NCBI GenBank assembly: GCA_963713865.1 | Contig: OY970208.1 | Coordinates: forward strand, 1,251,422 to 1,315,421 | Direction of reading: 5' to 3' | Length of the DNA stretch: 64,000 bases | Source of the DNA: an uncultured candidate division Zixibacteria bacterium | GTDB lineage: Bacteria > Zixibacteria > MSB-5A5 > RBG-16-43-9 | Part shown: positions 1 through 9,861 of the stretch, one piece after another | Layout of the letters: every line of letters begins with the position of its first letter | Numbering within the stretch: position 1 is the stretch's first letter | Notes under the pieces: model-generated | Told to the model about the DNA's origin: nothing | What the model saw: the letters and a program-made list of their open reading frames with translations, nothing else | Databases searched by the model: none | Program-made: the position numbers and the translations under genes

Positions 1-220
1 CCCAAATCATGATATGTTACTTGAGGATGATAGGATTTTAAACAATGTGGGCATTTCATAGAAAATCTTCCTATTAAAATCTAAGCTCATCTCGCCCCAT
101 CTTAACTATGGGTTATACACCATTATTTACGAAAATCCCTCAAACAAATCAAGTAATTTTTATACCCCTATTCCTTTTAACCTGAGTGTATCTTTTCATC
201 TGCTTCTGTGGATTCGTTAT

Positions 221-247
221 AGGACAGAACAATGTTCTGTCCCTACA
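221..247. repeat. REP family A (AGGACAGAA-N5-TTCTGTCCCTACA)
   Basis: Copies at 221, 8297, 11466, 15463, 16524, 52548; variants at 30495 and 34764; all in the same orientation. Confidence 0.88.
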
Positions 248-392
248 AAAATAATGGTGTCAGGAGGTAACTCCTGACATCACCTAAGAGGGTCCAATCC
301 CTTAACCAATTTTACCCAAAAGCCATTTTCCGCAGATGGTTGGTAAGGTGTGGGGCACGGCGTGCCGTGTCCCTACAGTTTTTTTCACCCAC

Positions 393-1118
393 TCAATCAT
401 TTCCATAAAGGTGAATAACTATGATATTCCGGTTCTGTAATTTCCTTTTCGTCTCCTCATAATGTTTTTTCTGTAATTCTTCAAATTCCTTATAGGGAAG
501 GTTCTTTTCATTATTCAAATATAACTTGCATAATTTATTCAACAGTTCTTCGCTTATGTTTCTGTTGTAATTCAGGCAGACATCCACGTCAAATTGGGAT
601 GGGCTGGGGATATTAATCTGTGAATATGGTTTTGTTTGTAATAGGTCAATCTCCTTCTGGGATAAACCCTCGATTACCTGTGAGGTGAAGTGGATTCCGT
701 AACGATCATCTTCAGGAAATTTACCATATTCACACCGGGAGACATCTGATTTACGAATCCTGGAGATCGAATTAACCTTGACCACTACCCTATCTTCATT
801 GGCTACAGTAGAATACTTGAACCCATAATAATTATTTCCTTCAGGATAATTAATGGTTTGAATTCTTTTATAGATGGTAAGAGTATCAGAACGATACTGT
901 TCCTTAATATGTTTCAATATTTCCTCATCGCTTAAAGATTTCAAATTATCATCATAGCTTGTTAACTGTATGAAGCATACCAGAGAATCCCCTTTATCAA
1001 ATATCAGGTTTACTTTATATCTGGCACAGGAACCAACATCTCCAGAAGAATGGTCTTGAATAAATAAGCCGAGCAGAAAGATAAAAAGGATAATATCGAA
1101 TTTCAGATTAATCCTCAT
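393..1118 (-). CDS. hypothetical secreted protein
   Basis: 241-aa ORF with hydrophobic N-terminus; no family recognised. Confidence 0.6.
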   Translation of the reverse strand: MRINLKFDIILFIFLLGLFIQDHSSGDVGSCARYKVNLIFDKGDSLVCFIQLTSYDDNLKSLSDEEILKHIKEQYRSDTLTIYKRIQTINYPEGNNYYGFKYSTVANEDRVVVKVNSISRIRKSDVSRCEYGKFPEDDRYGIHFTSQVIEGLSQKEIDLLQTKPYSQINIPSPSQFDVDVCLNYNRNISEELLNKLCKLYLNNEKNLPYKEFEELQKKHYEETKRKLQNRNIIVIHLYGND

Positions 1119-1389
1119 TTTAGATTCATCTCTTAATAAGAGAACGTCATTAACACCAGTTTTAAAGCCAGCCTATATCACCTGGAGGAACTGGGCAACC
1201 ACGATAATGCTATTATCCACAACATCATCCTTAAGCATAAACTATAATGATAGTATTTTATGAGAGGTTATAAACAAGTCAAGTAGTTTTTAATTTATTT
1301 CTAAAAAAATAGTTTTGAAGGATTGGGTAACCTGCTTACGAAGTCTAAGTTTACCCTTCCCTTGATTGGGGGGCAAGGGATCGTAGCTC

Positions 1390-1490
1390 CCCTATCCCTC
1401 TCCCTACGGGAGAGGGAAATGACCTCACCCTGACCCTTTCCTACGAGGAGAGGAAAATTGTTTCCCTCCCCTGAAGGGGAGAGTGGGGTC
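1390..1490. repeat. REP family C (CCTCACCC..CCCTCTCC-N-GGAGAGGG)
   Basis: Tandem copies 1390-1490; others near 2603, 2678, 5188, 6294, 23059, 41747, 43481, 47457. Confidence 0.8.
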
Positions 1491-1665
1491 AATTCAATAA
1501 AAACTAGGGCAGACACGAAGGTCTGCCCATACAAAAAATCTCAAATATTCTACAGATTTGCTATGATTTTCAAATTTTAAAAAATTCTTTATAATTATTA
1601 TTAATATTTATAAAATATATTTATATATTATACATGTGAAATTAAATACAAAATCGGAGGGAAAA

Positions 1666-2472
1666 ATGAAAAAGGTAATCGCAGGATGGATTGGTAGTTT
1701 TCTGATAGTATTTTTGATTCTCCTGAGTTGCGCTACTACTGGTCCGGGTGGTAAAAGAAGTTTCATATTGATCTCAACTAATGAAGAAATCTCTATTGGA
1801 GAGAAAATGGCTAAACAGGTGGAATCTGAAGGAAAGGTTTTAAACGACTCTCTGGTTCAAGGTTATGTTAGTCAAGTTGGGCAGAAAGTTGCCGGAATAT
1901 CGGACAGAAAAGAGCTGCCTTTTCAATTCAAGGTTTTGGATTCGAAGGAGATTAATGCTTTTGCCTGTCCGGGTGGGTATATCTACGTTTATTCCGGGCT
2001 TTTGAAAATCCTGGATGATGAAGCGGAACTGGCGGGAGTCTTATCGCATGAGATCAGCCACGTGGTGGCAAGGCACGGGGTTAAAAAATTACAGCAAGTT
2101 CTGGGCGTGCAGGTGGTTCTGTCGATTGCTCTTGGCTCAAGCAGCCAGTTAAGCAAGGATTTGGTTTCCACCTCAATAGGTGTCATTCTCCAGGGGTACA
2201 GCCGAGATAACGAGTTTGAGGCGGACCAGTTCGGGACATATTATATGGAAAAAGCAGGTTATAATCCAAACGGGATGGAAAATCTCTTAGGGAAGTTAGA
2301 TAAGATGAGCGAAAAAGAACCAACTTTTTTTGAAAAGTTAGCTGCATCGCATCCTCCGACTAAAGAGAGGATGGCAAAAGTTGAAAACCAGATAAAAGGA
2401 TTCGGGACAGGAGTGGAAAACCTACCTTTTAATCAAGGTGAATATGAGAAAATAAAGAAGAGGATAAAATAA
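1666..2472 (+). CDS. M48 family zinc metallopeptidase lipoprotein
   Basis: Lipobox LLSC; INAFACPGG, HEISH and YSRDNEFEAD motifs; ATG at 1666 follows a GGAGG RBS (track ORF starts 1636). Confidence 0.9.
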   Translation: MKKVIAGWIGSFLIVFLILLSCATTGPGGKRSFILISTNEEISIGEKMAKQVESEGKVLNDSLVQGYVSQVGQKVAGISDRKELPFQFKVLDSKEINAFACPGGYIYVYSGLLKILDDEAELAGVLSHEISHVVARHGVKKLQQVLGVQVVLSIALGSSSQLSKDLVSTSIGVILQGYSRDNEFEADQFGTYYMEKAGYNPNGMENLLGKLDKMSEKEPTFFEKLAASHPPTKERMAKVENQIKGFGTGVENLPFNQGEYEKIKKRIK

Positions 2473-2719
2473 TAACAAATGACTGATGACGAATGATTGA
2501 TGAAAGAAAAAGGAAGAAGGAAGACAAAAAAAGGAAGAACCACACCCCGATCCTTTGATGAGAAATAAAATGGAAAATAAAAGATGGAAGAAGGAAAAAT
2601 GACCTCATCCCTTCCCTCTCCTAAGAGGAGAAGGGATAAATCTGAAAAAAGTAAGATAGAAGAAGGAGAATAGAAAAACCTCTCCCGAACCCTCTCCTTA
2701 AGAAGGAGAGGGAAATTAC

Positions 2720-3175
2720 TCACCGCAAACTGAAGCTTAGATTAAGCATCATCTTTTCGCTGTCGAAGGAGCAGTAAAATTGATATCTGGTCCGGTTTAT
2801 AGCTGAAGCTATTCCCAAAAAATCCATCAATAAATCCCGGTTGCTCCAGCCTTCGCGATAGGCATCATCATATTCCTTGGCTATCCCCAAAAATGCAACC
2901 ACTCCTGCTGATAAATACGGGTTGGTAACCTGAGAAAATAATTTCTGGGCTATATAACAGCCGGAGAAATGCTGCCATTTATCCGGACCCATAATATACC
3001 AGTTCTTCTCATCAACGAAATACCAGGGGTCTCTATCAGGTGAAAGCTGTTTGAAATTCCCATCTTTAGGATAGCTTTGCAACTTAAATGCAAAGCTCTG
3101 GTTAGAGAGGACTGATAGATTTAAAATCTGCAACAGGCAGATTAACGAAATAGCTATGGAAACTTTGGTTCTCAT
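2720..3175 (-). CDS. secreted hypothetical protein, YfiM/DUF2279-like
   Basis: Signal peptide; DKWQHF...KEYDD...GWSNRDLLMDFLG pattern. Confidence 0.55.
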   Translation of the reverse strand: MRTKVSIAISLICLLQILNLSVLSNQSFAFKLQSYPKDGNFKQLSPDRDPWYFVDEKNWYIMGPDKWQHFSGCYIAQKLFSQVTNPYLSAGVVAFLGIAKEYDDAYREGWSNRDLLMDFLGIASAINRTRYQFYCSFDSEKMMLNLSFSLR

Positions 3176-3910
3176 TTTTCCACCTCTTTTTTTTGATAGG
3201 GGTTAGAGGTGGGAAAAACGGAAACATCAGGTTAGGGCACAGGATATCCTAATTCCATAATTTATTTTACTTGAAAAGTAGATTCATCCCTAGCCTCCGC
3301 GGTTTATTTTCACTTCAATATAGAGCAAATAATCTGCCTTTTATCGGATATTGTCTTCTGTTTTCATAAGTTCTGACAATTCAAGTCATTAAAGGGGAAT
3401 GATAACCTGTGCAATTTTTGAATAAGTAGATTTTTATTGCATGACTTTGCAAGATTTGAGAAAAGATGGAGCTGGTTCTCCTAAAAAATGAGATGTAAGA
3501 ATGAAAACGTCGGGTATAAAACCCGACACTACAATCTGATAATCTTAGAAGGAGGAAAGGATTAAGGAGACGCATTGCAATGCGTCTCTACGATTAATTG
3601 ATAATAAGGTTTTATCAATTTTCTTATCTTTTTGATGGGGAAAAAGAATTTGAAACTGTTGATAGATAATGACTGGCCTAAACCTTCAGGTTAGTATTTT
3701 TGTCAGCTCAAAGCCCGGGACAGGAGTTTAAATCCTGTCCCGGAGATAGATTAACAAAAGATCTGTTGGCCTGGAGACCAACAGGGAGCAGAGAACACAT
3801 AATATGTCATTCTATGTCCACCAGAGGTAAGACGAAGAATCTCAGCAGATTCTTCAGTCGTCCCTGTAGGGGACTCCTTCAGAATGACAGGTGAGGTTAA
3901 GGAGTAATAA

Positions 3911-5161
3911 GTGGAAAATCTTTTAGGCAGAGTTGAAGCTTTTCTTTCTGAAAAAGAGATTGAGGTTTCCGATGAACTTGTGTTTCTGATAAATACCCGT
4001 ATAAAACCACCAGTTCCGGTCAATAAAGAAGATATCTATATCCGGGCGATGTATTTAGTCTCGGACCAGGTCAACTCTTTTGGCGGATGTTTCCCTCTGG
4101 ATGAACATCCTAAATTGGCAGAGCTGTTGGTTGATTCACCGGTATTAATTGGCCATTCTAAGGAAAAACTTCCTATTGCACGAAACTTCAAAGCAGATTT
4201 AGTCAAAAAAGATGAAGTTAACTGGGTTAAAGTTTATTTCTACTGGTTAAAAAATTCACCTGAAGCAGACTCTTTGAAAGTAAATATCGACCACGGGATT
4301 TATAAAGAGTGTTCAATCGGCTTTTCCTTTGAATTTCCAGAATGTTCCGTCTGTGGCGAAGATATGAGGAGATGCCAGCATATTCCTTTCCGTGCCTATG
4401 AAAAAGAAAATGGTGAGAAAACACAAGCTTTTTACAATTACCGTAATATCATCAAGGTGCATGAGACTTCTTTAGTTTACCGGGGTGCGGTTTTCGGAAC
4501 CTCGATGACGAACGAGCTTTACCTTTTTCAAAAGCACGATTGTGCAGATGGATTCTGTAAATTCAAAAGGGCATATAAAGAGTCGATTTTAGAATCCCTG
4601 AAAAAAGCCGGAATTGAAAAAGAGGTCAAACTGGTAGGGGATATAGAGGAGAAAGGATACTCTGATAATAAAATAGAGCTTTGCTGCGAAAATAACTTAG
4701 AGGAAAAGATTTTAAATTCTATCCCTCAAATTTTCAAGGACAGGATCTGTTTCGTAAGCGAAGAAAAAATAGAAAAGGATAAAACTCAGTCTGTGAGATT
4801 TATTTTATATCAAATACCACTTTCAGAGCAAAACCATCCGGAGGAAAACACAGTCGAGTGTAATTTAATATTTGAAGGAGCAGAGGTTACAACTGTTATT
4901 TGTATCCATCGATTGAATATGGAAAAACTTGAAAAGGGGAGAAGGTTTCTTTGTGACTTCAAGGATTTTTCTAAGATTATAAAGTCTGAATCAGGAGAGG
5001 TTTTGGACACAGGAGAATATCAGACTGCAGAGGGGAACAAAGAATTTTTCAGGTTTAAATTAGAGGGAGAGATTTTAAATGGGGTCTATTTTGCAAGAAA
5101 GATAAAGCTGAAGGATCAGGATAGATGGTTATTTTTCAAGAGGATGGCAGAACATATTTAA
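3911..5161 (+). CDS. phage prohead maturation protease-like protein with degenerate C-terminal accessory domains
   Basis: VLIGH...IAR...NIDHGIYKECSIGF...CSVCG...CQH...ETSLVYRGA resembles HK97-type prohead proteases with a Cys/His insert; GTG start after AAGGAG. Confidence 0.75.
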   Translation: MENLLGRVEAFLSEKEIEVSDELVFLINTRIKPPVPVNKEDIYIRAMYLVSDQVNSFGGCFPLDEHPKLAELLVDSPVLIGHSKEKLPIARNFKADLVKKDEVNWVKVYFYWLKNSPEADSLKVNIDHGIYKECSIGFSFEFPECSVCGEDMRRCQHIPFRAYEKENGEKTQAFYNYRNIIKVHETSLVYRGAVFGTSMTNELYLFQKHDCADGFCKFKRAYKESILESLKKAGIEKEVKLVGDIEEKGYSDNKIELCCENNLEEKILNSIPQIFKDRICFVSEEKIEKDKTQSVRFILYQIPLSEQNHPEENTVECNLIFEGAEVTTVICIHRLNMEKLEKGRRFLCDFKDFSKIIKSESGEVLDTGEYQTAEGNKEFFRFKLEGEILNGVYFARKIKLKDQDRWLFFKRMAEHI

Positions 5162-5322
5162 GAGTTTAAAGGTACAAGGATAAAGGACCTCACCCTCACC
5201 CTCTCCTAAAGAAGAATATGGATATAATAAATTAAAGATTAAAGATGAATAACCTCACTACCATATAAGAGATTAAGCGACTCTGAAAGGGTCGCACTAC
5301 GAAAACAAAAAAAGAATAAAAG

Positions 5323-5613
5323 ATGAGCGACAACAATAAAATTTTTTCAAAGGTTCAGCTGTTTCAATTTCTGATAACTTTCTTCGTTACTGTTTTCGGG
5401 GTTCTGACTGCTTATTATACTACCATCGCCGGGATCAAATTAGATTTAGCCCACAAGGCTGAAGTACAGATTGTAAATGAGCTGGATAAAAGACTTTCTA
5501 ATTTAGAGCTTTTGTTAAAAGAGAATTTTATGACCAAAAAGGAGTTCTTCGAGCTGAAGGATCAGATCAACCAGAGACTGCTTAAGATTGAAATGAGATT
5601 AGAAAATAAATAA
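5323..5613 (+). CDS. single-TM coiled-coil protein (phage membrane or holin-like)
   Basis: One N-terminal TM helix then a coiled coil; lies between protease and scaffold-like genes. Confidence 0.5.
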   Translation: MSDNNKIFSKVQLFQFLITFFVTVFGVLTAYYTTIAGIKLDLAHKAEVQIVNELDKRLSNLELLLKENFMTKKEFFELKDQINQRLLKIEMRLENK

Positions 5614-5785
5614 AGGTTTGAAAGTTACAGGGGAAAAAGAAAAGACGTGGCCGTGACTCGTATATCGTAACCGTAGGGAAAGAAGAAGATGGAAAAAGGG
5701 AATAGGGACAGGTATTAGTCTTAAGTCTAAAGTCCTAAAAAATCATAGATATAACAATTATGAAGAACTTAAAAAAGGAGCAAGA

Positions 5786-6202
5786 ATGGAGATATTAGTA
5801 CTGATTCAAAATTTAAAAGAACAAGCTGAGAGGATAAAAGAGTCCAGATTTGAGGAGATAGATTTTGACAGGCTGGAGCAAAACCTAAATCTGGCTTCGG
5901 AAATGTTGAGAAAAATGAAGGAAAAAGATAAAACCGCAGAAAATATCTTGGATGATTTTAAAACGGAGATAAAAAGGATTGCTCTTTCTCTCTCAAGGCT
6001 TAAAGGGGATAACTCAAATCTGGAGCTAATTGAGAAGTATCTCTCTGACCCGGATTTAGATTATGATGAACTCTGCCTTTTAAAAACAAAGCTTAAATCA
6101 GAATTCGATAAAAACCTCCCCAGCGCTCCACTGTCTAAGACCAGCTATAATTTTTTTAAAGAGAAGAAAGCGAAAGATAAAATCGAGGAGTTTAAGGTTT
6201 AA
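5786..6202 (+). CDS. coiled-coil protein, putative capsid scaffold
   Basis: All-helical and charged, Pro-containing tail ending IEEFKV; AAGGAG RBS; downstream of protease. Confidence 0.45.
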   Translation: MEILVLIQNLKEQAERIKESRFEEIDFDRLEQNLNLASEMLRKMKEKDKTAENILDDFKTEIKRIALSLSRLKGDNSNLELIEKYLSDPDLDYDELCLLKTKLKSEFDKNLPSAPLSKTSYNFFKEKKAKDKIEEFKV

Positions 6203-6421
6203 ATCAATAAGTGACGAATATCTGATGACTGATGGTGGATGGATATTGAGTTCTACATTTGTCAGACTAAAAGTCTGACTTATCAGAGGAATCTCTTCCC
6301 AGCCCTCTACTTGAAAAGGAGAGGGGGATGACTTCACCCCTGCCTATAGCAGGATTTTCAACCTAATCCCCTCTTGAGAGTAGATAAATAGCATCATCAG
6401 GGATGATGCACTCCATAATTG

Positions 6422-7258
6422 TTATTGTTTTAATGCTCCAGCTGTTAATCCGGAGATAATCTGGCGCTGGAAGAATAAGAATAAAATTATCACCGGAAGG
6501 GCGCAAAGGGAAGAGGCGGCCATCAGGTGTGGCCAATCGATAGTTTGATACCCCTGATATAAAGCAAGTGCTACAGGCAGGGTGCGCATCTTCTCAGATG
6601 AGGTCAAGATGAAAGGGAATAAAAAGGAATTCCAGTTAACCAGGAAAACCTGAACTGCTAAAACCGCAAGGGCTGGCTTGCACAATGGAAGAACGATTTT
6701 AAACAGTATTTTAAAATCGCCCGCCCCATCTATCCTGGCAGCATCTTCTAATTCCTTAGGTAAGTTTTGAATATATTGTCTCATTAAAAATATCCCCAGG
6801 GGATTAACCAGCCAGGGGATGATCAAAGCAAAATATGTATCATACCAGCTCAATTTTTTTATAAGGATGAATAACGGGACGATGATTATATGAGCCGGGA
6901 TCATCAAAACTAAAATCACAGACAGGAACAAAAAATTTTTCAGCACAAATTCCCTGCGGGCAAAAGCATACCCGACCATCAAACAGAAAATAATATTGCC
7001 GAGGGTAACAAGAATTGCGACGACCAAACTGTTGAGGAAAAATCTCAAAAAGGGTGCAGAGGACCAGACATCCTGATAGTTTTTCAGAGTCAGCTTTTCA
7101 GGCAGAAGGTCTCTGAAATTCAAGACATAACCGGTTTCTTTAGTCAAAGAGGTTTTGACCATCCAGTACATCGGGAAAAGCATCCCGGCTAAGATGAATA
7201 AAAGGATTAGAAATAAAAACCATCTTAATATTTTTTGTTTTGTTCTCATTTCGGACAC
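6422..7258 (-). CDS. carbohydrate ABC transporter permease (MalG-like)
   Basis: EAA loop LPKELEDAARIDGA; multiple TMs; likely ATG at 7249. Confidence 0.93.
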   Translation of the reverse strand: MSEMRTKQKILRWFLFLILLFILAGMLFPMYWMVKTSLTKETGYVLNFRDLLPEKLTLKNYQDVWSSAPFLRFFLNSLVVAILVTLGNIIFCLMVGYAFARREFVLKNFLFLSVILVLMIPAHIIIVPLFILIKKLSWYDTYFALIIPWLVNPLGIFLMRQYIQNLPKELEDAARIDGAGDFKILFKIVLPLCKPALAVLAVQVFLVNWNSFLFPFILTSSEKMRTLPVALALYQGYQTIDWPHLMAASSLCALPVIILFLFFQRQIISGLTAGALKQ

Positions 7259-7261
7259 CGA

Positions 7262-7356
7262 GTCATTGCGAGCCCGCCAAAGGCAAGGCGAAGCAATCCG
7301 TTAATTTATGTAGATTGCTTTGTCGTCCCGCCAAAGGCGGAACTCCTCGCAATGAC
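7262..7356. repeat. REP family B (~95-bp composite hairpin GTCATTGCGAG...GAAGCAATC...GATTGCTTCG...CTCGCAATGAC)
   Basis: Copies at 7262, 21133, 38407, 51814; degenerate or variant copies at 3806, 9700, 25620, 55546; half copy at ~37490. Confidence 0.88.
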
Positions 7357-7370
7357 ATATAAATAAAATA

Positions 7371-8243
7371 TTAATCCTCAATCCCTCTCCCCAGCCCAAA
7401 AGCTTTCATCTGTATTAAAGAGAAAATCATTATGATAATAAACAGACAATAGGCTATGGCTGAAGCATAGCCAAAGTTGAATTTATATAAACCCTGGTCG
7501 TATACTAAATAAACCAGGGTCAGAGTTGAGTTCAAAGGTCCTCCTTTGGTCATCACGAAGACCTCTATGAAGATCTGAAACGATTTAATGGTATTGATCA
7601 GGATAACAAACAGGAGCATCGGTTTTAGATGGGGCAGGGTTACGAATCTGAATTTCTGAAAAGGATTTGCTCCAAAGGTATCGGAGATCTCATACAGCTC
7701 TAATGGAACAGCCTGCAGTGCGGCTAAAAAGAGGAGCATATAATATCCAATGGAGACCCAGACATCCATAAGCATAATAGAAAGCAAGGCAGTTTTCTCG
7801 GAGAAAAGGAATCCTTTTTCCGGTGCAGGCAGGTTCAAAAGATTCAAAAGGAAATTGAAATACCCCTCTTTTGCATACAGATGTGTAAAAACCAGAGCTA
7901 TCACCACCAGGGAGGTTATGGAAGGAACAAAATATCCTGCGCGAAAAAATCCCCTCAAAGGTATTTTCTGGTTGACTAAAAGAGCCAGGAGCAAAGCGAG
8001 GATAGTGGTGAAAGGGATAGTCCCGAAAACGAAAAAGGAGGTGTTTTTTAAGGCGGTCCAGAAATCAGGATCATAAAGAAGCTTAAGATAATTGCTAAGC
8101 CCGAGCCATTCTGCTTTGCCGCTCAGAATCGAGTATTTCGTGAAACTCAGGATGAATGAATAGACCAGAGGGAAAAGCCAGAACAACAAGAGAATTATTA
8201 TCCAGGGAAGGAGGAAAATAAAGGTGGTTTTAGGTTTAGGCAT
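7371..8243 (-). CDS. sugar ABC transporter permease (MalF/UgpA-like)
   Basis: LQAVPLELYE..FGA...VTLPHLKP; TKGGP; FGYASAIA. Confidence 0.93.
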   Translation of the reverse strand: MPKPKTTFIFLLPWIIILLLFWLFPLVYSFILSFTKYSILSGKAEWLGLSNYLKLLYDPDFWTALKNTSFFVFGTIPFTTILALLLALLVNQKIPLRGFFRAGYFVPSITSLVVIALVFTHLYAKEGYFNFLLNLLNLPAPEKGFLFSEKTALLSIMLMDVWVSIGYYMLLFLAALQAVPLELYEISDTFGANPFQKFRFVTLPHLKPMLLFVILINTIKSFQIFIEVFVMTKGGPLNSTLTLVYLVYDQGLYKFNFGYASAIAYCLFIIIMIFSLIQMKAFGLGRGIED

Positions 8244-8353
8244 AGATAATTGTTTTTGTAGGGACAGATCAGCGATCTGTCCGTATAATTGAGAATAGGA
8301 CAGAACAATGTTCTGTCCCTACATTTTGCAACCCCGCTTCTGGCGGGATGGCA

Positions 8354-9580
8354 TTACTTTAGAATCTTATCTATCTCCACTTTTGCCTCATCTAATGCCT
8401 GAGAGGGTGTTTTTTTATCATACATCACCTGTTCAACTACCCTTTCGATTATCTCCTCGATATAAACCCATTGGGGAACAGCAGGTGAGGTTTGGGAATA
8501 TCTTAACTGTTCCTGAAAGACTAAAAGATTTTTGTTATTCTGATAATAGGGATCAAGTTCAGACCCTTTAGCTGAAGGGATGGCTGAGCCGATGGCTTTA
8601 CAAAGCTTTAAGGAATTTCCTTTTTTGATCAGATACTGGATGAATTTCTTAGCGGAGTCAGGATTTTTGCTTTTTTTGCTAATTACTAAGAACTCACCCC
8701 CGGCAAAGGAGGAGAAATTTCCTTTTTCTGGTTTAGGGATAAGGCAGACTCCAAATTTTAAATCCGGGAGATTTTTTTGGATATCGTTTAAAAGCCAGCC
8801 ACCTGAGATAACAAAGCCGATTTTCCCCTGTTTGAAATTTTCATCTAACATCCTTTGATTGTCAACAGTCCCCTGCTCAGTCAACTTTTTATAAAACGCC
8901 AAAGCTTCTTTGCCTGCAGGAGAATTTATCTCTGAACTCTGATGGTATGAAGATAAAATTTTACCACCATTTCCCCAGAAGAAGGGTAGGAACTTCTTAT
9001 ATAATCTGTGCCTCTCAGCGGAGTTTGCACCAAAACCGTAAGCTTCAGGTTTAAGTTGATTTATTTTCTGACAGTAGCTTAAAAGCTCCTTCCAGTTTAA
9101 AGGCGGTTTTTCAGGATCTAAGCCAGCTTTTTTCATCAGGTCTTTATTGTAAAATAAAACACGGGTATCCAGAAGCCAGGGGAAACCGTAGATTCTCCCT
9201 TTATAGAAAACAGGTTCCCACATCAGAAAATCTTGCTGAATTTTCTCTGCATCTGAAGTTACGTCCAGGAGGACATCCTGAGAGGAAAACTCCGGAACCC
9301 AGTCTGAACCTAACTCCAGAATATCCGGGGCTGTTCCAGAGGCGAATGCCACTACTATCTTTTCGTGACCTTCAGACCAGGTCAGATCAGTCAGATTTAT
9401 CTTTATTTCAGGATTTTCTTTTTCAAATTGATGAATTATTTCAATCAAGGCTGGCTTGACCTGCGGGTCGGTCCAGAACTGCCAGAAATCCAGAACGATT
9501 TTACCATTTTCCTGTTTAGAACAAGATAAAATCAAAAGAGATAATAAAGGAATCAAACAAATGAAAATTACTTTTCTCAA
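8354..9580 (-). CDS. sugar ABC transporter substrate-binding lipoprotein
   Basis: Lipobox ILSC; SGTAPDI, LFYNKDL and GGEFLVI motifs; TTG start 9580 after AGGAGG. Confidence 0.9.
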   Translation of the reverse strand: MRKVIFICLIPLLSLLILSCSKQENGKIVLDFWQFWTDPQVKPALIEIIHQFEKENPEIKINLTDLTWSEGHEKIVVAFASGTAPDILELGSDWVPEFSSQDVLLDVTSDAEKIQQDFLMWEPVFYKGRIYGFPWLLDTRVLFYNKDLMKKAGLDPEKPPLNWKELLSYCQKINQLKPEAYGFGANSAERHRLYKKFLPFFWGNGGKILSSYHQSSEINSPAGKEALAFYKKLTEQGTVDNQRMLDENFKQGKIGFVISGGWLLNDIQKNLPDLKFGVCLIPKPEKGNFSSFAGGEFLVISKKSKNPDSAKKFIQYLIKKGNSLKLCKAIGSAIPSAKGSELDPYYQNNKNLLVFQEQLRYSQTSPAVPQWVYIEEIIERVVEQVMYDKKTPSQALDEAKVEIDKILK

Positions 9581-9861
9581 GTTTCCTCCTCTAGGAGAGT
9601 AACGCAGACTAAAGTCTGCGACTACCAAGTTTTTCTCAGGTAATAAAGGTCTGAGGATAAGTTTGTCAAGGGTTAATCTTGTGGATAGTGCTGATTACTG
9701 TTATGCTGAGCGTAGCGAAGCATCTATGAGAAGAAAAACGAGATTCTTCCCCCGCCTTTGGGCGGGATTAGAATGACATAAATGAAATAGGGGCATCCGC
9801 CTTTGGCGAGACATCTCGCAATGACAGGTAAAGCTTGACAAATTCAGGTTTTGAATAGATA

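Noticed and set aside
1301-3894. Short ORFs 1301-1534, 2433-2723, 3381-3575 and 3700-3894
   Set aside because: They are translations of REP palindromes and low-complexity intergenic DNA; the same applies to 9701, 15334, 16505, 18456, 25521, 41633-41958, 45581 and 57799
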